Counted from the stretch's first letter, positions 1 through 15,112 are shown. The stretch is DNA of 51,684 nucleotides from Paramecium tetraurelia (GCA_000165425.1 CT867985.1:930001-981684), one strand, 5' to 3'. Made by a program: numbers and translations. Notes: generated by a model from the letters alone, not told the origin.

Positions 1-1057
<1,057 letters not shown>

Positions 1058-1089
1058 TGAATGTAATTTTTAACTATCAAATTATTAAA

Positions 1090-2041
1090 TCAAATAAAAA
1101 TTAATAAATCATCTCCTTCATAATCTCTTAATGCTTTATTTTTCAAATAATCAATTACCCCTTTCCCATCCAACTTCAAATGCTCCTTTAAAGACTTGAA
1201 TCTAAATATAGAATCTGACTAATATTTACGCTTTTTAATTGGCCTCCTAAATGGTCAAAAATGCATCAGCCTTGGCCTTCCCATTTGAAAGAGTAGAATT
1301 GGCCTCACCATAAGCCTAATTCAACACAACCTCTCTGTTGTATAAGGCAGTCATCTTGTTAGTCTCCAGTTCCACTTCAGTTTTGTTCTTTTGAGCTTAG
1401 GCTTTAACAATCTCTTGCTTCTTCACTTCCGAACTCCAAATGGCATTTTCAAAGTCGTTCGGTAAATCCACAGAACGAAGTTGAAAAAACTCACAATTGG
1501 AATACAATTCCTTCTCAAATAATTCGTCTAAGGCTGCCTACATTGCAATTCCTATATTTTATCTGTCCATAAAAAAGTCGTAGGCTGAGTATTGAGTGGC
1601 AACAAAAGAAAGAATGTCAATAGACTGTCTAATGAGGATGGGTTTGTGCTTAGTTTAATATGTTGCAAACAAAGAGTAGAGTTAAGTTAAATTGTAACTA
1701 GTATTAATTTAAATAAGTTACGTATATTAAAATGAGATTTCTAACACCACTTCTAAACCATCACTAGTTCTTGAATGTATCATTTTTCTGTCAGCAGTCT
1801 TATCATCAGAAAACTCAACAGTCTAAACTGTCTTAGGGAAAGTGATGAACTCGTGTCCAATGCCTAGGAAATGGATTCCTGCCTAATAGATTTTAGGAGA
1901 TATTGTTTTAGTAATTGAACTATAATCTAAACCAACCTCATTATAATCTAATGAACTAAACGATAATATGATCATTAAAAATAGAATGAAACTGCTGATT
2001 CCACAACAAGCACCACAAACACCTGTAAACTCACCTGCCAT
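1090..2041 (-). CDS. SPFH/band-7 (prohibitin/stomatin-like) membrane protein
   Basis: MAGEFTGVCGACCGISSFILFLMIILSFSSLDYNEVGLDY..IYQAGIHFLGIGHEFITFPKTVQT..SRTSDGLEVVLEISFQY..FFQLRSVDLPNDFENAI. N-terminal TM plus SPFH signature; TGA at 1092-1090. Confidence 0.85.
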
Positions 2042-2091
2042 AATAAATTTATGTTATTTTATAAATAATATTATCTTTGTTTTAATGTAAT

Positions 2092-5000
2092 TCAAAATAA
2101 ATCTTCATATTTATTAGAGTCCTGCGATTCATAGACACCTTCTTAATCACTAATATCAACTTATTTCTAAATAAGCATTATAAATTATATGTACTTGTAA
2201 TCTGGATTTTTATTTGACTTCTTTCTACTTGATTTTCTTCTTTTTCTTTGATTACTTATTAGTATTTCTCTTTTCATAAGCCTCTTATTCATTTAATTGT
2301 TCTTCTGAATCCTCGCCAATCTCTTCTTTCGCATATTGTTCATCAATTTCAGCCTATTCAGAATTATAATCTTCATCGTCAGATTCAATGAATTCGTCGT
2401 CCTCCTTCTTAGCTTTGGCTTACTCCTTTTATCTCCTCTTCCTTTCCTTCTTACTTAACTTACCTTATTTGCTTTGTTTTCCCTGAATTTAATTTTCAAA
2501 CTCCTAATCCATATTTAGATTACTCAATAAATCAGCAGCAATTCTAGCTAACTTCTCCATTTAAGTAGAATCTATTTGTTCTTATTTCTGCTGTTATTAA
2601 GTTGCTGCTTTTTCTAGTTTCTCTCTTCTCTATTATTCTAACATTTATTATTCTTCTTCCTTAATCTTTTCCTTTTCCTCTGCCTCTTTCAGTAATTTAT
2701 CAAAGTTGGTTTAAAAACTATGAATAAAGTTAAACTTGTCCTCGCTCTTCTATCTCATTAATTAATGATTCTATCTGATGATATGTCTATGTTCAGTCTC
2801 ATGCTACTATTCTCTATTTGACCAACAGATTCCTTACGACATGTATTCATAACTCTTTAATAAGCATTTAAAGTAGGTTACTGCTGTTCTCAATAGTTTA
2901 TAAGAACATTTCTCCTCTTGTATCTCATAACAGTATTAATGAACCACCATATTGAGATTAAGTCTATGTTTCAAATCTCCTGGATTATTGAGAATTTGCC
3001 TTTTAATGACATTGGCACTCTCTCGATATTTCTTATTATTCAGATACATTTTGGCAACAGCAAGATCAGTATGTTCATCTGGTTTATAATTGGTTTTCTC
3101 ATAATATTTTTTAAAGTAAGTCTTAGCTGATTAATTATTATTAGGCATTATCAAACAATCCAAGATTGCCAAATTGCTAAGAATTCTTGGTTATTGATGA
3201 GCATATTCTTAAAGATCTCCCAATAAATTCAGGGCTTCTGTGTATTTGCCTAACTCCGCAATAACCAATATCAAAGTAATAGCAGCTTATAAGTTTTTTG
3301 GCTCATGTTACAGTAACTTCATGCCTGTACTGGCAATTTGTCTCAAAACTTTCTTTTTGAATTGCTAATCGTCATTTTTAGTTTTATCAGCTGCCAATTG
3401 ATAATCATGAGCCATTAAGAAGATTTTTGAATAACAATCCTCTCCATATCTTTTGAATTAATCAACTGCTCCTCCTTAATCCTATAGTTGATATGCTATG
3501 TATCCGTGAATCATAGGAACAGGATTCTAACCTTTATAATTCCTGTTATGATTAACATACTGTTCATAATAAATTTTAGAATCTGATATAGTTCGTAAAG
3601 CATCTTTGTAATCTCCAAGATGAAATTGCAAATAACTCAATCTCACATAACTATCAATAAAATAAGGATTTATCTTGATGCATTATTAATGTAATTCCAT
3701 GGCTGTCACATAATCTCCCAATTATTCCATCAAAATGCCTTTGTTAAACGAAAGGACAATCTGATACATATTTTTCTTAAGTTACACTTCCTATTTAGAA
3801 GCCTCCTCTGTAGTGTCTACAACATAATCTGGAATCTGAAATTCCTCTATCAATTATTAACATTTCTCATAACTCTTCAAGGCTTTTAATAAATCGGTAT
3901 TAGCCAAATGAACACCCATATTAATGTATAATTCTGGAAATATGATTTATTCTGTTATTTTTTGTAGAATCATAGTATTCTTTTAATTATTAAATTTTGA
4001 TAAGAGTAGATCTTCAGCAGTTTAGTAATAGGTTGACGCATCCTCATTTTCTATTTATTAAGCAAATTCAATCAATGTTTCAAAATCCTTATCATTATAT
4101 TGCAATGCCTTTCTGTAAGTCTCAATAACTGGTTTACGAATTTGTAGATTTTTTGATTGGATGTACGCTAATTATTTATATAATTCCCACATGAAATCAG
4201 TATTTTCATATTGTTTAGCGATTTTTTCTGCCAATTTGTAGGATTCAGTGTAATTTTGAGATTAAGGATTCAAGTATAATTAAGACAACCCCAGTAGAAC
4301 TAAAACATTGTTTCTGTTGTACTACTTGGCTTGGTTATAATATTTGAGAGATTATTCGTATTCGCCTTCAATTTGCTTAATTAAACCTATCAAATAGAGA
4401 TATCTGCATTTCAACTATGACCAATCATTCCTGAACTGATCTTCTTAAGATTTCTCTTTGAATTGAAACCTTGATACATTATCCAAAGCTTTTAATCCAT
4501 TTTATATGCAGATCATAGCCTAGAATTAGAATTGAACTTAATACTCTCTAATAATCTAGCTTAAATAGGTAATGTTCACTCAAATGATACAGAGTGATTG
4601 GATGATTCTAGTTAATAGTAAAGGCTTTGCATAACCTATTGAAATACTCATCATAATCTCCTTTGTCAAAAGCTAAAACTGCCAATCCAATGTGAGCCTC
4701 TACATTTCGAGGTTCCTAGGGTTTACTACACATTATTTACCAATTGCAAGACTCTCTTGAATGCATAGTAAGCCAATGAGTATTATTCCAGATTGTAATA
4801 GCAATATGCCAATCCCAATCTTGCTTTGCCGGCAATATTTGGTTTGTGTTTAAGGGCTCTTTTGAAATATTATAAAGAATCCTTATAATTACCAACTGCG
4901 AAATAGGCTTATGCGGTTCCAATGCAAGGAGTGACAGACAAGGTATCTCTATGATGATGTAAAGAAATTTGAATACCTTGCGGAGCTTGTCTCATCGAAT

Positions 5001-5483
5001 GAAGTTCTGTAATAACTAAATGTTTAGTCTTTGTCTCCCTTATAAAATGAGAACAACCCTTTAATACTAAATGTGTGGCTGACAAAATCGTATTTATCTG
5101 ATAAGTTGAAATTTTTGACCACATTGTCAAAGTAGTCTGATGCTTTATCAAAGCCATCCTACCTTGTGGCTTAAATCAAATAATATAAAGATAATGAATT
5201 ATAGATTCTTATTTTGATTTTCTTACTTTGATCATCGTTGAACTTATTAATTAGATTGTTAGTCAAATATTTCATCAATTCCAGGAAGTCATCATATCTT
5301 TTATGGTTGAAAAGGGCGTACTATATAAAATATATTAAACCATTAGATTACAGAAATGCTTTCCCATTGTTAAAGCGAAGCCTCTTTAGTAATCAAGGTT
5401 TGAATGATTTCGTTTACGTCATTTGGGATTTCTTGTTTTTCGATATTCGGTGGAAAGGGCAAAAGCTTGCTAAAATAGGACAT
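2092..5483 (-). CDS. CTR9: Paf1 complex TPR subunit CTR9 homolog
   Basis: N-terminus EIPNDVNEIIQTLITKEASLQQWESISYALFNHKRYDDFLELM resembles the CTR9 start; many TPRs (AFKRVLQLEPRNVEAHIGLA); acidic/basic C-terminal tail; short introns. Confidence 0.85.
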
Positions 5484-5510
5484 TATCAATTAATTAAATT
5501 AATTAATTAA

Positions 5511-7064
5511 ATGAAATAATTAATAGCAATTCAACTATTGATTTGCTTATCTCTAGCCATTACAGCCTAGGATGACCTAGTTAAATCGGATGACTTAAAA
5601 GAATACACAGATGGCGTATTTGATTTCAAAGGCTAAATGTATTCAGGGTATCTGAAAGCCATAGATGATGATAAAACCTATTTTCATTATTATTTTATGA
5701 CATCCACCTTTGAAGATGATTTCACTGAAGAAAACACTCCAGTCATGCTATGGCTGAATGGAGGACCAGGTTGCTCATCACTCTAAGGAGCAGTGAATGA
5801 AAATGGGCCATTTGTATTCAAGGACGGAACAGCTGAATTCTACGAGAACAAATGGGCTTGGACAAAATTTGTAAAATTTCACCTTATACTTCTAGGCACA
5901 TATGTTGTATTTAGAATCCCCCGCCAAAGTAGGTTATTCGTATGGTAATGGCAATGTGAATGATGACACAGTGGCAATATAGAATTTGAGAGCACTTGTG
6001 GATTTTTTTGAAAGATTTCCAGAATATTAGGCCAAAGACTTTTTCATAGCCGGAGAAAGCTATGCTGGAATCTATATTCCATTGTTAGCTAATTAAATAC
6101 TGAAGCATAATGAATAGCATCCTGACAAAGCCATCCATCTAAAAGGAATCATGATTGGTAATGGTTGCACTCATCCTACTGAATGCAGTGATGTGGCCGA
6201 CCTTTATCCCATCCACACTATTGAGTTCTTTGCTAGACAAGGCTTTCTCAGTGAGGAACAATACAAAGTCGCTTAACATTTATAAAATAGTGGGAAATGC
6301 TCAGATTTACATAATTTACATGGAGATTGTTTCGAATTTTTGGATCAAGTCGTTAATTAATATTATGAATCACCATCGTAATTATCCATAATTCTACTTT
6401 AGAGTGTTTCTCATGAATCCATACAATATCTATGGTTATTGTTACAATTACAAACCTGAACAATTTTTGCTAAGGAAAAATGATCCCATGTTGAAAAAAT
6501 TCAAACCAAAAAATAGGTAAAACGATGAAGAATTCGGTTCATGTACTGATGACAAGGGATTGTATGTTCTTTTTAGAGATCCAAAATGGAAATAGATTAC
6601 TCATATTAAACCTGATAGTTCTGAATGGGATGTCTGTACTGATGATGACGATTTCGTTTATGAAAAATTTGAAAGGCAATCATATTACATTTATGAATCT
6701 CTTATTAAATCAAAGAAGATTAGAATCATGCATTTTAGTGGAGATATTGATTCAGTTGTACCTATAACTGGTACTTTATTTTGGATTCAATTGCTACAAA
6801 ATGAATTATGTAAATTACAATTTTAAAATAGAATTATCAACAACTGAAAATTGGAGAGCTTGGTATGTTCCAGGGGAAAGGACAGTGGATAAATAATAAA
6901 ATGCAGGAAGTGTGTTTTCTATTGAAGGATTGCAATTTGTCACAGTCAGAGATGCTGGACATATGGTACCAACAGATCGTAGAAAAGAGGCTTATTGGAT
7001 GGTCAAATATTTCATTCTAGATCAAAAACTTCCAGATAAAGAAAAATCCATTTCTGTATAATGA
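5511..7064 (+). CDS. Serine carboxypeptidase, family S10 (signal peptide)
   Basis: Signal peptide [40 protein letters not shown] (catalytic Ser), SGDIDSVVP (Asp), DAGHMVP (His); TGA 7062-7064. Confidence 0.95.
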
Positions 7065-7159
7065 TATATAACATTAAAATAATAAATTTTATTTATATAG
7101 AATTCATAAGTTCATAATTTCAATATTTATTAATAAAATTTAATTTGCGGTGTTATTAA

Positions 7160-8034
7160 ATGAAAGGTTTGAGAATAGGAGCAAGAGTTTTCGGTCTCAT
7201 ATCATCTCCATAACAAGTATTTTTCAGATAAGGACTACAATAAACATCAATATATTTATTTTCTGAAAAGACCAAGAAGCATGATACTCACAAGAATGAT
7301 CACAAATAGGAGAAAGCCTAATAATAAGAACAAAAAGCAGAGCAAGAAAAAAAGGAAGCTTCTACAAAACAAGATGAAAAAGTAGAATCCCTTGATGAAT
7401 CTCACGAAGACAAATTACATAGAGTTGAATCATTTTACTCAAAATAAATTGAAAAATTAGAGACTCAAATCAAAGATCACAAGGAAAAAATTCATGATCA
7501 AATCAAATTGATCAATTAATTAGAGGCATCCAATAAGGATCACAACACAAAAATCAAGGAATTAAGAGATGCCTTAAAAGCAGAAATAGAAGAATCAGAA
7601 TTGTCATCAAAAAGAGTTTTAAAGTATCTATTGTTATTAATTATTCTTAGAGAGAAGGAGCAATTAAAAGTATTTGCCATCTCAAATTTCGCCAAAGAAT
7701 TACTAGATGTCCAAGATAACTTAGAAAGAGCTATTGCAAGCACTACTGACAAACCAGAAAATAATCCATTATTAGAAGGTATTCATGAAATCGATTAAAT
7801 TTAGGTGTTGTCATGACTCATTCAATTTTAGAAAAAGTATACAAGAAATTTGGAGTACAAAAGATGAATGTGATTGGATAGAAATTCGATCCAAACTTTC
7901 ATGAATCCCTATTCTAGGTTGAAGATCCTGAAAAAGAACCAGGAACAATATGCTATGTTGCATAAGAAGGATATGCTATTGGTGAGAGAGTCTTAAGACC
8001 AGCAAAAGTGGGTGTTGTTAAATAATAATCATGA
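7160..8034 (+). CDS. grpE: GrpE nucleotide-exchange factor, probably mitochondrial
   Basis: Arg-rich presequence-like start MKGLRIGARVFGLISS; FAISNFAKELLDVQDNLERA..GQKFDPNFHESLFQV..QEGYAIGERVLRPAKVGV; two introns. Confidence 0.93.
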
Positions 8035-8075
8035 TAAAATATAATATGTAATTTATATTTAATTGTTGTTATTAA

Positions 8076-11000
8076 TCATTAGTTGATGCTCTGTAATATA
8101 ATTCTTTAAAGAGTCAAATCTCTCCGACTTATAATTCTTTAGCGCGAAGGTTATTTTCTATCTACTGAATTTAAAAGTAATTTTGGTAAAGCTTAAATAG
8201 GTTAGAACCTATTAATTCTATTCTCCTCATACTCTTACAATCCTTCCCAATCATGAAGTAAATCTTTTTACTTTTTTGGTCTTATAATCTATTACTAAGT
8301 TTATTATTAAGAGTGAATTTGTTCTTAAATTGAAATGCTTGATTAAGACGAATGCTTTGAAGAATCCAAATCGGAGTCTTTTCCCTTGTATAAAATGATA
8401 GGTTTATTATTCTCTTCATAATATATTTTTCCGGCCACATAGGATACAGAGGCTTTATTTTTCAATTTATATTATTGTTTATTGAGTACTTCCTACTGCT
8501 GAATGATTTTTGTATCAGCCTATTATTTCTATTGCTGTTACTAAATCTTTATTAGTTGATAATAGTCTTCAAATTTTATTTATTATTCCTTTTTCTATTT
8601 AGGTTGGTTATGATTTATGGTGTTAAATTTGCAATCTTCTAAGGATATTAAAGAGAGCTATGGAATATAATGAATAATACCTTTCCACAATGAGCTATTA
8701 ATAGATTTTACTTCAAAACCCACGCTCCCTCTAGGTTATCTTCCATTATCAATTAAATCAATAGGATTTTTCTTGAGGACCATAACTTAATCTTACCATC
8801 CGATGCGGCTGTCAAATAAGTCTTAGTTTTCTATTGATAATCGACTGACAGAACTTGTTATTCATGATCATTTCCTTTGTCATCACAATGTAAATACAAT
8901 TACTCATTTTTGAATTTAAAAATTTGAAATGGACCCTTATAAGTGAAAAATAAGGCTTTGTTATGGAAAGTAGTAAAATATGCAATTTATTAATTAGAAT
9001 TGAAGGATCTGATACACTTTATTTACTTTTCTGTTATAGAAATCAATTTCAACAGCCCTTCAGAACAATAAGTGAATAGATAATTATCTATCTCAGCAAT
9101 GTTAATAACCTTTTCCCTATGATAACTCATTCTTGCATATATTTTCTTAGGATTATTCTTCTGAACTGCAATCACTGATCCTTTTGACATACCAAAAATT
9201 AACTATTCTTAACATTACAAATCTCTAGATTGACCAAAATCAGCATCATAACAAGGGAGTTTAATTTTTTAAGGAAGATACACTGAAACAATTACCTAAA
9301 CCATATGATAACTGTCAAAATCCATAATCTCTTCACTTTAAATGCATTATATTTAAGTTTAATTAGAATTTATGAACAACATTCCTGTTTCTAACAGCAT
9401 GAAGTACAATTGACCATCAGTAACAATTTATCTTACTTCCATAGACTTAGGAGGTGGATACAAGATAATAGGCTCGCAGTTCTCCTATACTGAAAGTCCT
9501 GGTGTATTATCAAGTGCTAAAAGGATGCTGTCATCATATTTGTAATATGACACTATTTTAGAATTTATGGTTCTATATATTTTTAGATTGTTATTTAAGT
9601 ATCCAATGTACATTTCGTAGTCATTTCTCAATAGAAATCGACTTCTAGTTAGCAACTGCAAATTTGAATAGATCCCAATTATATTTACTGCGTATACATT
9701 TGTAAATTGCTTTAAGGAAACTATTAAATTTGTTACAAATACCTAAATGTCCCATAATTTTATTGAAAAGTCTTGGCCCTGACTCCAAAACATCTTATCG
9801 TTCTTGCTTCTGATTAAAGATTCAATTTATTTTGAATGTCCTTCATATGAATGTACTAACAATTCACTCTGTTTTACTGCAGTATTAATTTTCCACAGTT
9901 TTATTTATCCTGTTTCAAATCCAGTTACAAAATATCTATATTCTATAAAATGCAAGACTTAAGTTATCAAATTTTCATGTTTTGTGAGATCATGATATTT
10001 TTACACCAATTAGAAGGTTATTGTTTGAATAGTATTATATGTTCCTTCTGATTAGTCATCAATTTACAATTTAACTCTATTAAACCAATTGGAGAATCCC
10101 TAAATATTATCATTATCCCATTCCTTTTGAATTTGAGCTATCATTGCCTACTTCATAATAGTTAAATCTTTATCGCTCCAGAAAAATAAAAAGTCTTCAT
10201 TAATATAAAAACTTAAAATCCATTCCTCACTATTCTTTTCTTTGCTGTTTTTTTCTTTGATATTGTCATCCTTGCCATTTTCATCTTTGTAATTTTTTTC
10301 TTTGTAAATTTCTTCTCTACTATTTTTTTCTTTGCTATTTTTTTTTTTGCTTGTGTAAATAGACTTTTTACTTACATAAGCTATGTCAAAATTATCCTTA
10401 GCCAAATACTTGCATTTATCTTCTTCTTATATTTTATTATTGGTTTAGTTGGGAGGTTTGTTTTTCTTTTATTCTTTCTTAAAATCGATCTCATGTTGTT
10501 GTTATTTAATTTCAGGTAATTTGTCTTAATCAATCTTTCTATTTTTATGATCTAGCTTAGCGTATTTTGAGTTCTATTTAAATGATTTGGAATTCTTGAC
10601 TTCGCTTTCTATTTTAGGGTCCTTCTTCTTGATAATAAATTCAAACTTTAACAAATCAATCTCTAATTTCAAATAACTATTTACCTTCCAATCCTAATAA
10701 CAACAAATGACCACTAAAGTAGTGAAGTCCCACTGTGTATTTTGAATCAAACTTTATGGAATTCAGCAAAATCATTTTCCTTTTTAAAATGTATAATTGC
10801 AAACCTTCATAGAGAATAAAGTAGATCTATCCAATTAATAATATGAAGAAAATACCTCAAACTTATCGCAATAGGTCACATTTATCCCTGGTTTTGATTC
10901 TTTGAATTTTATCTCTATTCTTCCCAATTCACACAATAGTCCATAATCATACTCTATAATCCATTTCCCATCTTTAATCAATATAGCCTACTATTATTAC

Positions 11001-11083
11001 AAATTAAATAGTATTTTTGTTGGCTAATTAAATCTCATAACTTCCTTCAATTGATAAGTTAGATGAATTTATTTTACTTACAT
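8076..11083 (-). CDS. Large divergent WD40-repeat protein
   Basis: About 990 codons in code 6 with one 23-nt intron near 8658-8680. WD repeats: FVTGFETGQIKLWKI, YEGHSKQIESL..SQGQDFSIKLWDI, DHEQQVLSVDY..LTAASDGKIKLWSS. Confidence 0.8.
10225..10350 (-). repeat. Degenerate 15-nt (5-aa) coding tandem repeat of KEKNS type inside the WD40 gene
   Basis: Translates in the gene's frame as KKNSKEKNSREEIYKEKNYKDENGKDDNIKEKNSKEKNSEE. Confidence 0.7.
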
Positions 11084-11119
11084 AATTATTAAAATATTCA
11101 ATACTATAATAGAAATTAC

Positions 11120-11784
11120 ATGAATTATACGCAGCAACAAATGCCATCGAATATCAGTACAATAGACTTGAAAGTGGGAGAGATAGTTGAATTCATTAAT
11201 AATCCTGATATAGAAAAAACAGCAGATGTGGTTGCCTAAATCTAGAATTTATCAAATATGTAGTTTGATCTTTAAATTGAATATCAATCATCTAAATATT
11301 GTGCACTATCTGGAATTTAATTAAATGAAACCAACCAGGACGATATTATATCGCATGATGGTTACTCATTTTTAGCATCCGAAATTAGAGAATATTATAG
11401 AAGAGGGGAATTTTTTGATATTTCAATTGGAGACTTAGAATTTGAGTATTATGATGGAATCTCAAGGATTCCTGTTTAGATTGAATTAACATAATAATTG
11501 ATTAGCAAAGTCTTTTCGAATTATTATGCTGATTTCCCTCAAAAGTAAATGAGTTACTAATTACTTCTAGATTTGAAGAGTATTACCAAAATCAAGAATA
11601 ACCATTAGAATTTATTTGCCAATAAACTCAGAAGAAATATTATATGTCAGATAGAATCATATATAATAATCAAGATGTGAGCATCCATTGGGCTTAAGAT
11701 AATATTCACTTATTAGATTCAGTCCAAAGCTAATATGTACAAGGATATTAGAAGGTGCTTTCTTAAATTGCATTGCGTTATTGA
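11120..11784 (+). CDS. Hypothetical protein (~210 aa)
   Basis: Open in code 6 from MNYTQQQMPSNIST.. to ..IALRY* with one 26-nt GTA..TAG intron; no family recognised. Confidence 0.7.
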
Positions 11785-11867
11785 ACTTATTAAGTATTAT
11801 AAATACTATTAAGTATTTTAAAATACCTAATGAAATTATATATATTTATATAACTATTTTAACAATC

Positions 11868-12246
11868 ATGATGTTCATTCCGATGTGTTTTGAATCAAAA
11901 GGATTGGGTAACATCATCAAGGATTCTAAAATACATTACGAATGGGATTTTTGCTTTAGATCTGAAAAGGAAATTGAAACTCATAAAGTAATTCTAATAC
12001 ACTCTAAACTTAAAAACAAAATCACTTTATTTCATAATGGAAACAGAATGTATTAGGATGTTTTGTAATCATTCCATTCATTTTAGAAAAGATAAATTCG
12101 TATTTTAGTGGATAATAGATGAATTCTACAATAAAGCGATGATCTATTTGGAAAATAAAATTTGGAAACTCTAAGTCAACAATGTTGAATTTTAAGAAGG
12201 GTATTCAAATCTTCAGGAAGAACTAATTCAACCTGTGGACAATTGA
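11868..12246 (+). CDS. Small beta-rich protein, possibly FAIM1-like
   Basis: GLGNIIKDSKIHYEWDF..THKVILIHSKLKNKITLFHNG..KFVFQWII..WKLQVNNVEF; one 22-nt intron. The W...H-x-V-x-L-x-H-S pattern resembles FAIM1 domains, judged by eye. Confidence 0.6.
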
Positions 12247-12430
12247 GCTCTCTGTTATTTATTTATTATTGATACAGAATATAATTTGAATTTCATTTCA
12301 TTTTACGGTTTAGACATTCTATATTTTGACCGCTTCAATTTTAAATTGAGATCTTCAGAGTTGAATATCATTATTAATATATCGAGATATGTGATTAAAA
12401 ATAAATAAAGTTATTATAAATTAAAAACAA

Positions 12431-13384
12431 ATGGGATCATCAAGTAGTTGCAAATAAATGTAATAATGCTAAGAAAAAGAGATCCATGCTGGTTCAATTC
12501 TCAATTCTATTACTATAAATGCCATAGTTGAATCTTCTGAGTGTATCCCTCAAGAAGCAAGAACGATTTAGTTGTACAAATCTTAAAAGTCAATCTTAAA
12601 TTCAAAAGAAACTGAATTTGACAAAAGAATATCACAGCTGGGGAGGGCTGATCACATTTAATATCAAATGCCATCCATCAAAGTCTTAGATTCCATGGGG
12701 AACAATTTGTTAAATCAATCAGGCTATGCACCACCAGAAATAAGAACATAACACTGTTGTCTTTGTCATTAAGTAAATGATTCACTGTAGGGTTATACAT
12801 TAGAATGTTTAGATTTCTATCATTAATCTTGTCTAATCTCATATATACGAAATTAAATTACTAATGGAAATTGTACTTTGCTTTGTATGTGTCAACAAAA
12901 AATTCATACCTAACATTTGAGATCACTCATTCCTGATGACAACTTAATTTCAAAGTTTTTCTCCAATCAACTAGGCACCCTACAATAGAAAAATCAAGAT
13001 TTATTACATTTTTCAAAGAGTGAAAGTAACTAAAGAGAATGCTGTTTCCATTGCAAAAAATTGATTATAAGTTAAAAAATCCAACTCAAATGTAAACACA
13101 GCATTCACAAATATTGTCTTAAGGAATATTGTACCAAATAAATAGAATTAGATAAAACATATTTGATCTGTTATTGTGGAGCATAAGTCAGCACTCAGTT
13201 GCTTAGATAATTTAAGAACGATTCGTTTAAACTTATATTGTCAAAATTATTTAAAAATTAACTCGTGGAACTTTATAATACTAATAAATTTCTGTAAAAT
13301 AAATTTCATTTCAAACAGTTTATTAAAGCAGTAAACTATTCTGAAGAATAAAAATAATCATCATATTCAATGCATATATAATGA
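12431..13384 (+). CDS. Double RING-like protein with N-myristoylation motif
   Basis: Intronless. Starts MGSSSSC. Zn modules: CCLC..ECLDFYHQSC..CMC and CFHC..CKHSIHKYC..CYC. Confidence 0.8.
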
Positions 13385-13603
13385 TTTGTTTAATATTGTG
13401 ATGTTAATTTTTAAATATCAAAATTTACTTAAATTTTTCATAATACCCGTATAATCTATAAATTAAACCAATTTATTACAATTAAAATTTATTCTATATT
13501 TCCAACAGAAATTAAGTTGGTATTGTAAAATATATTCATTTAGAATAATTTAAAGAATCAATTTTGATATTTAACATAAATGATACTAAATCATACTTAA
13601 TCC

Positions 13604-15037
13604 TCATTCTTCATGCATTGATTCCTCTCTCATCACCTTTATTTAATGATCAAATATATTTTCAAATGTTTCTTTTGATAAAATGTTATTTTTTTTTAAA
13701 CTACTCAACATATTCACATTACAAGCAATACAGGGAATATTTGCTTAATGATAATTCTTCCCTAATTCTTTTAAGCATTCATAATGATAAGCATGTAAAC
13801 AAGGTGATTAAAAATGTTCTTGTGCTTCAGTATGGCAATAGGAACACTTACAAGTTAATTCTTTATATATAGTTCCTTATGTTTCTTCATCTTTCGTTGT
13901 ATAATATTCTTGGCACGTAGGACAATAATATTAATTGGATTAGAATTGTCTATTATTCATCCAAAAAAATCCACAAAATTCAAAATTATAACAAAATTGA
14001 AAAGTATTATTCTTATAAATTTTTGTTATCTCAAATAACTATTATTCAAATTAATTTGATAAGAAAATTTTATTAGTTTCAACATTAATATCTTATTTAG
14101 TTTTTTCAATCTCAACATGCTTCTTATTTTAATCTATGATGTTTTTCTAATCACAATTTAAGCAAAAATAATTTGATCTTTTTGTTGATGAGATCCAAAA
14201 AAAATTACAATTTACTTATTTTTTACACTTTTAAATAATGTAAACAGTCTTTAATTTTCCATTTTTGTATTTCTACACTCTGCTTGGATATGAAATTTAT
14301 ATAGAAATTTAGTCGGATTCATTTTATATGTTTGATGTAGTTTCGTAAATAGGATTTTCTGTAACTATATTTTATTATGAATTTGCAATTTATTTTGGAG
14401 ACTGATCGTGTGGCTCTTCTTAAATTTAATGAAACTCCTCTCTTTATGTAGTGATATTTTTATTCTATTGGAATTATTTACCAAAGTTAAGAGGAGACTT
14501 TTCTTCAGATGAATTTTTAATTTAATTTGAAGTCCCTTTGTTTCTAGATACCAATTACATCTCAATTGAATTAAAGGTTTGTTAGTTGTTTTATAGGCTC
14601 GAGAAACCATAATTTGAGCTTTATACAAACTATACAGAGCATTCATTCTTTTCTTATTCTAAAAGAGGATTCAATAATGGTAACTCTTGTTTTCCTTTAT
14701 TTATAATTAATGTGATCTATAAAATTAATGTAAGTATTTCAAGTGATAAAATAAGATGAAGTGAGTGATCTAAAATTCTATATGATAACTAAATATGATC
14801 ATAATGCTTCTCAAATATTGGATCATTAATTTCCTCTTTATTATGTTCTAAAGGCAATTAATCAGACTCAATTGCTAATTACTACCTCAAATAAATTTCA
14901 AAAAAAGTCCTTATAATAATAGTTAGAACTAGTAAAATACAATTATACGCTGTATGCTTTTTAAGGCTTGGATTGTTTTAATACTGAATACATTTTTTCT
15001 AAAAGTAAGCATAACATTTTTTTATATATTAAAACAT
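13604..15037 (-). CDS. Putative membrane-anchored RING-H2 protein with two Cys4 modules (477 aa)
   Basis: Intronless; ATG 15037 and TGA 13606-13604 are in the same frame. Two hydrophobic segments near the N-terminus; CKKQVNCNFFW..YFCLNC and CYNFEFCGFFW..YYCPTC; C-terminal CSYC..PCLHAYHYEC..PCIAC (C3H2C3). Confidence 0.78.
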
Positions 15038-15112
15038 TTAATGTTAATAATAAACAATATACAAAATTTTTGATATGTATTTTTTTATTTATATAATGTT
15101 ATATATTAACAC

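Noticed and set aside
8029..8078. Stop of the WD40 gene overlapping the GrpE stop at TCATGA
   Set aside because: That frame is closed upstream by TGA at 8253-8251; the continuous frame ends at 8076.
13604..13960. Separate 118-aa RING gene starting at ATG 13960
   Set aside because: The frame stays open up to ATG 15037, so this Met is internal.
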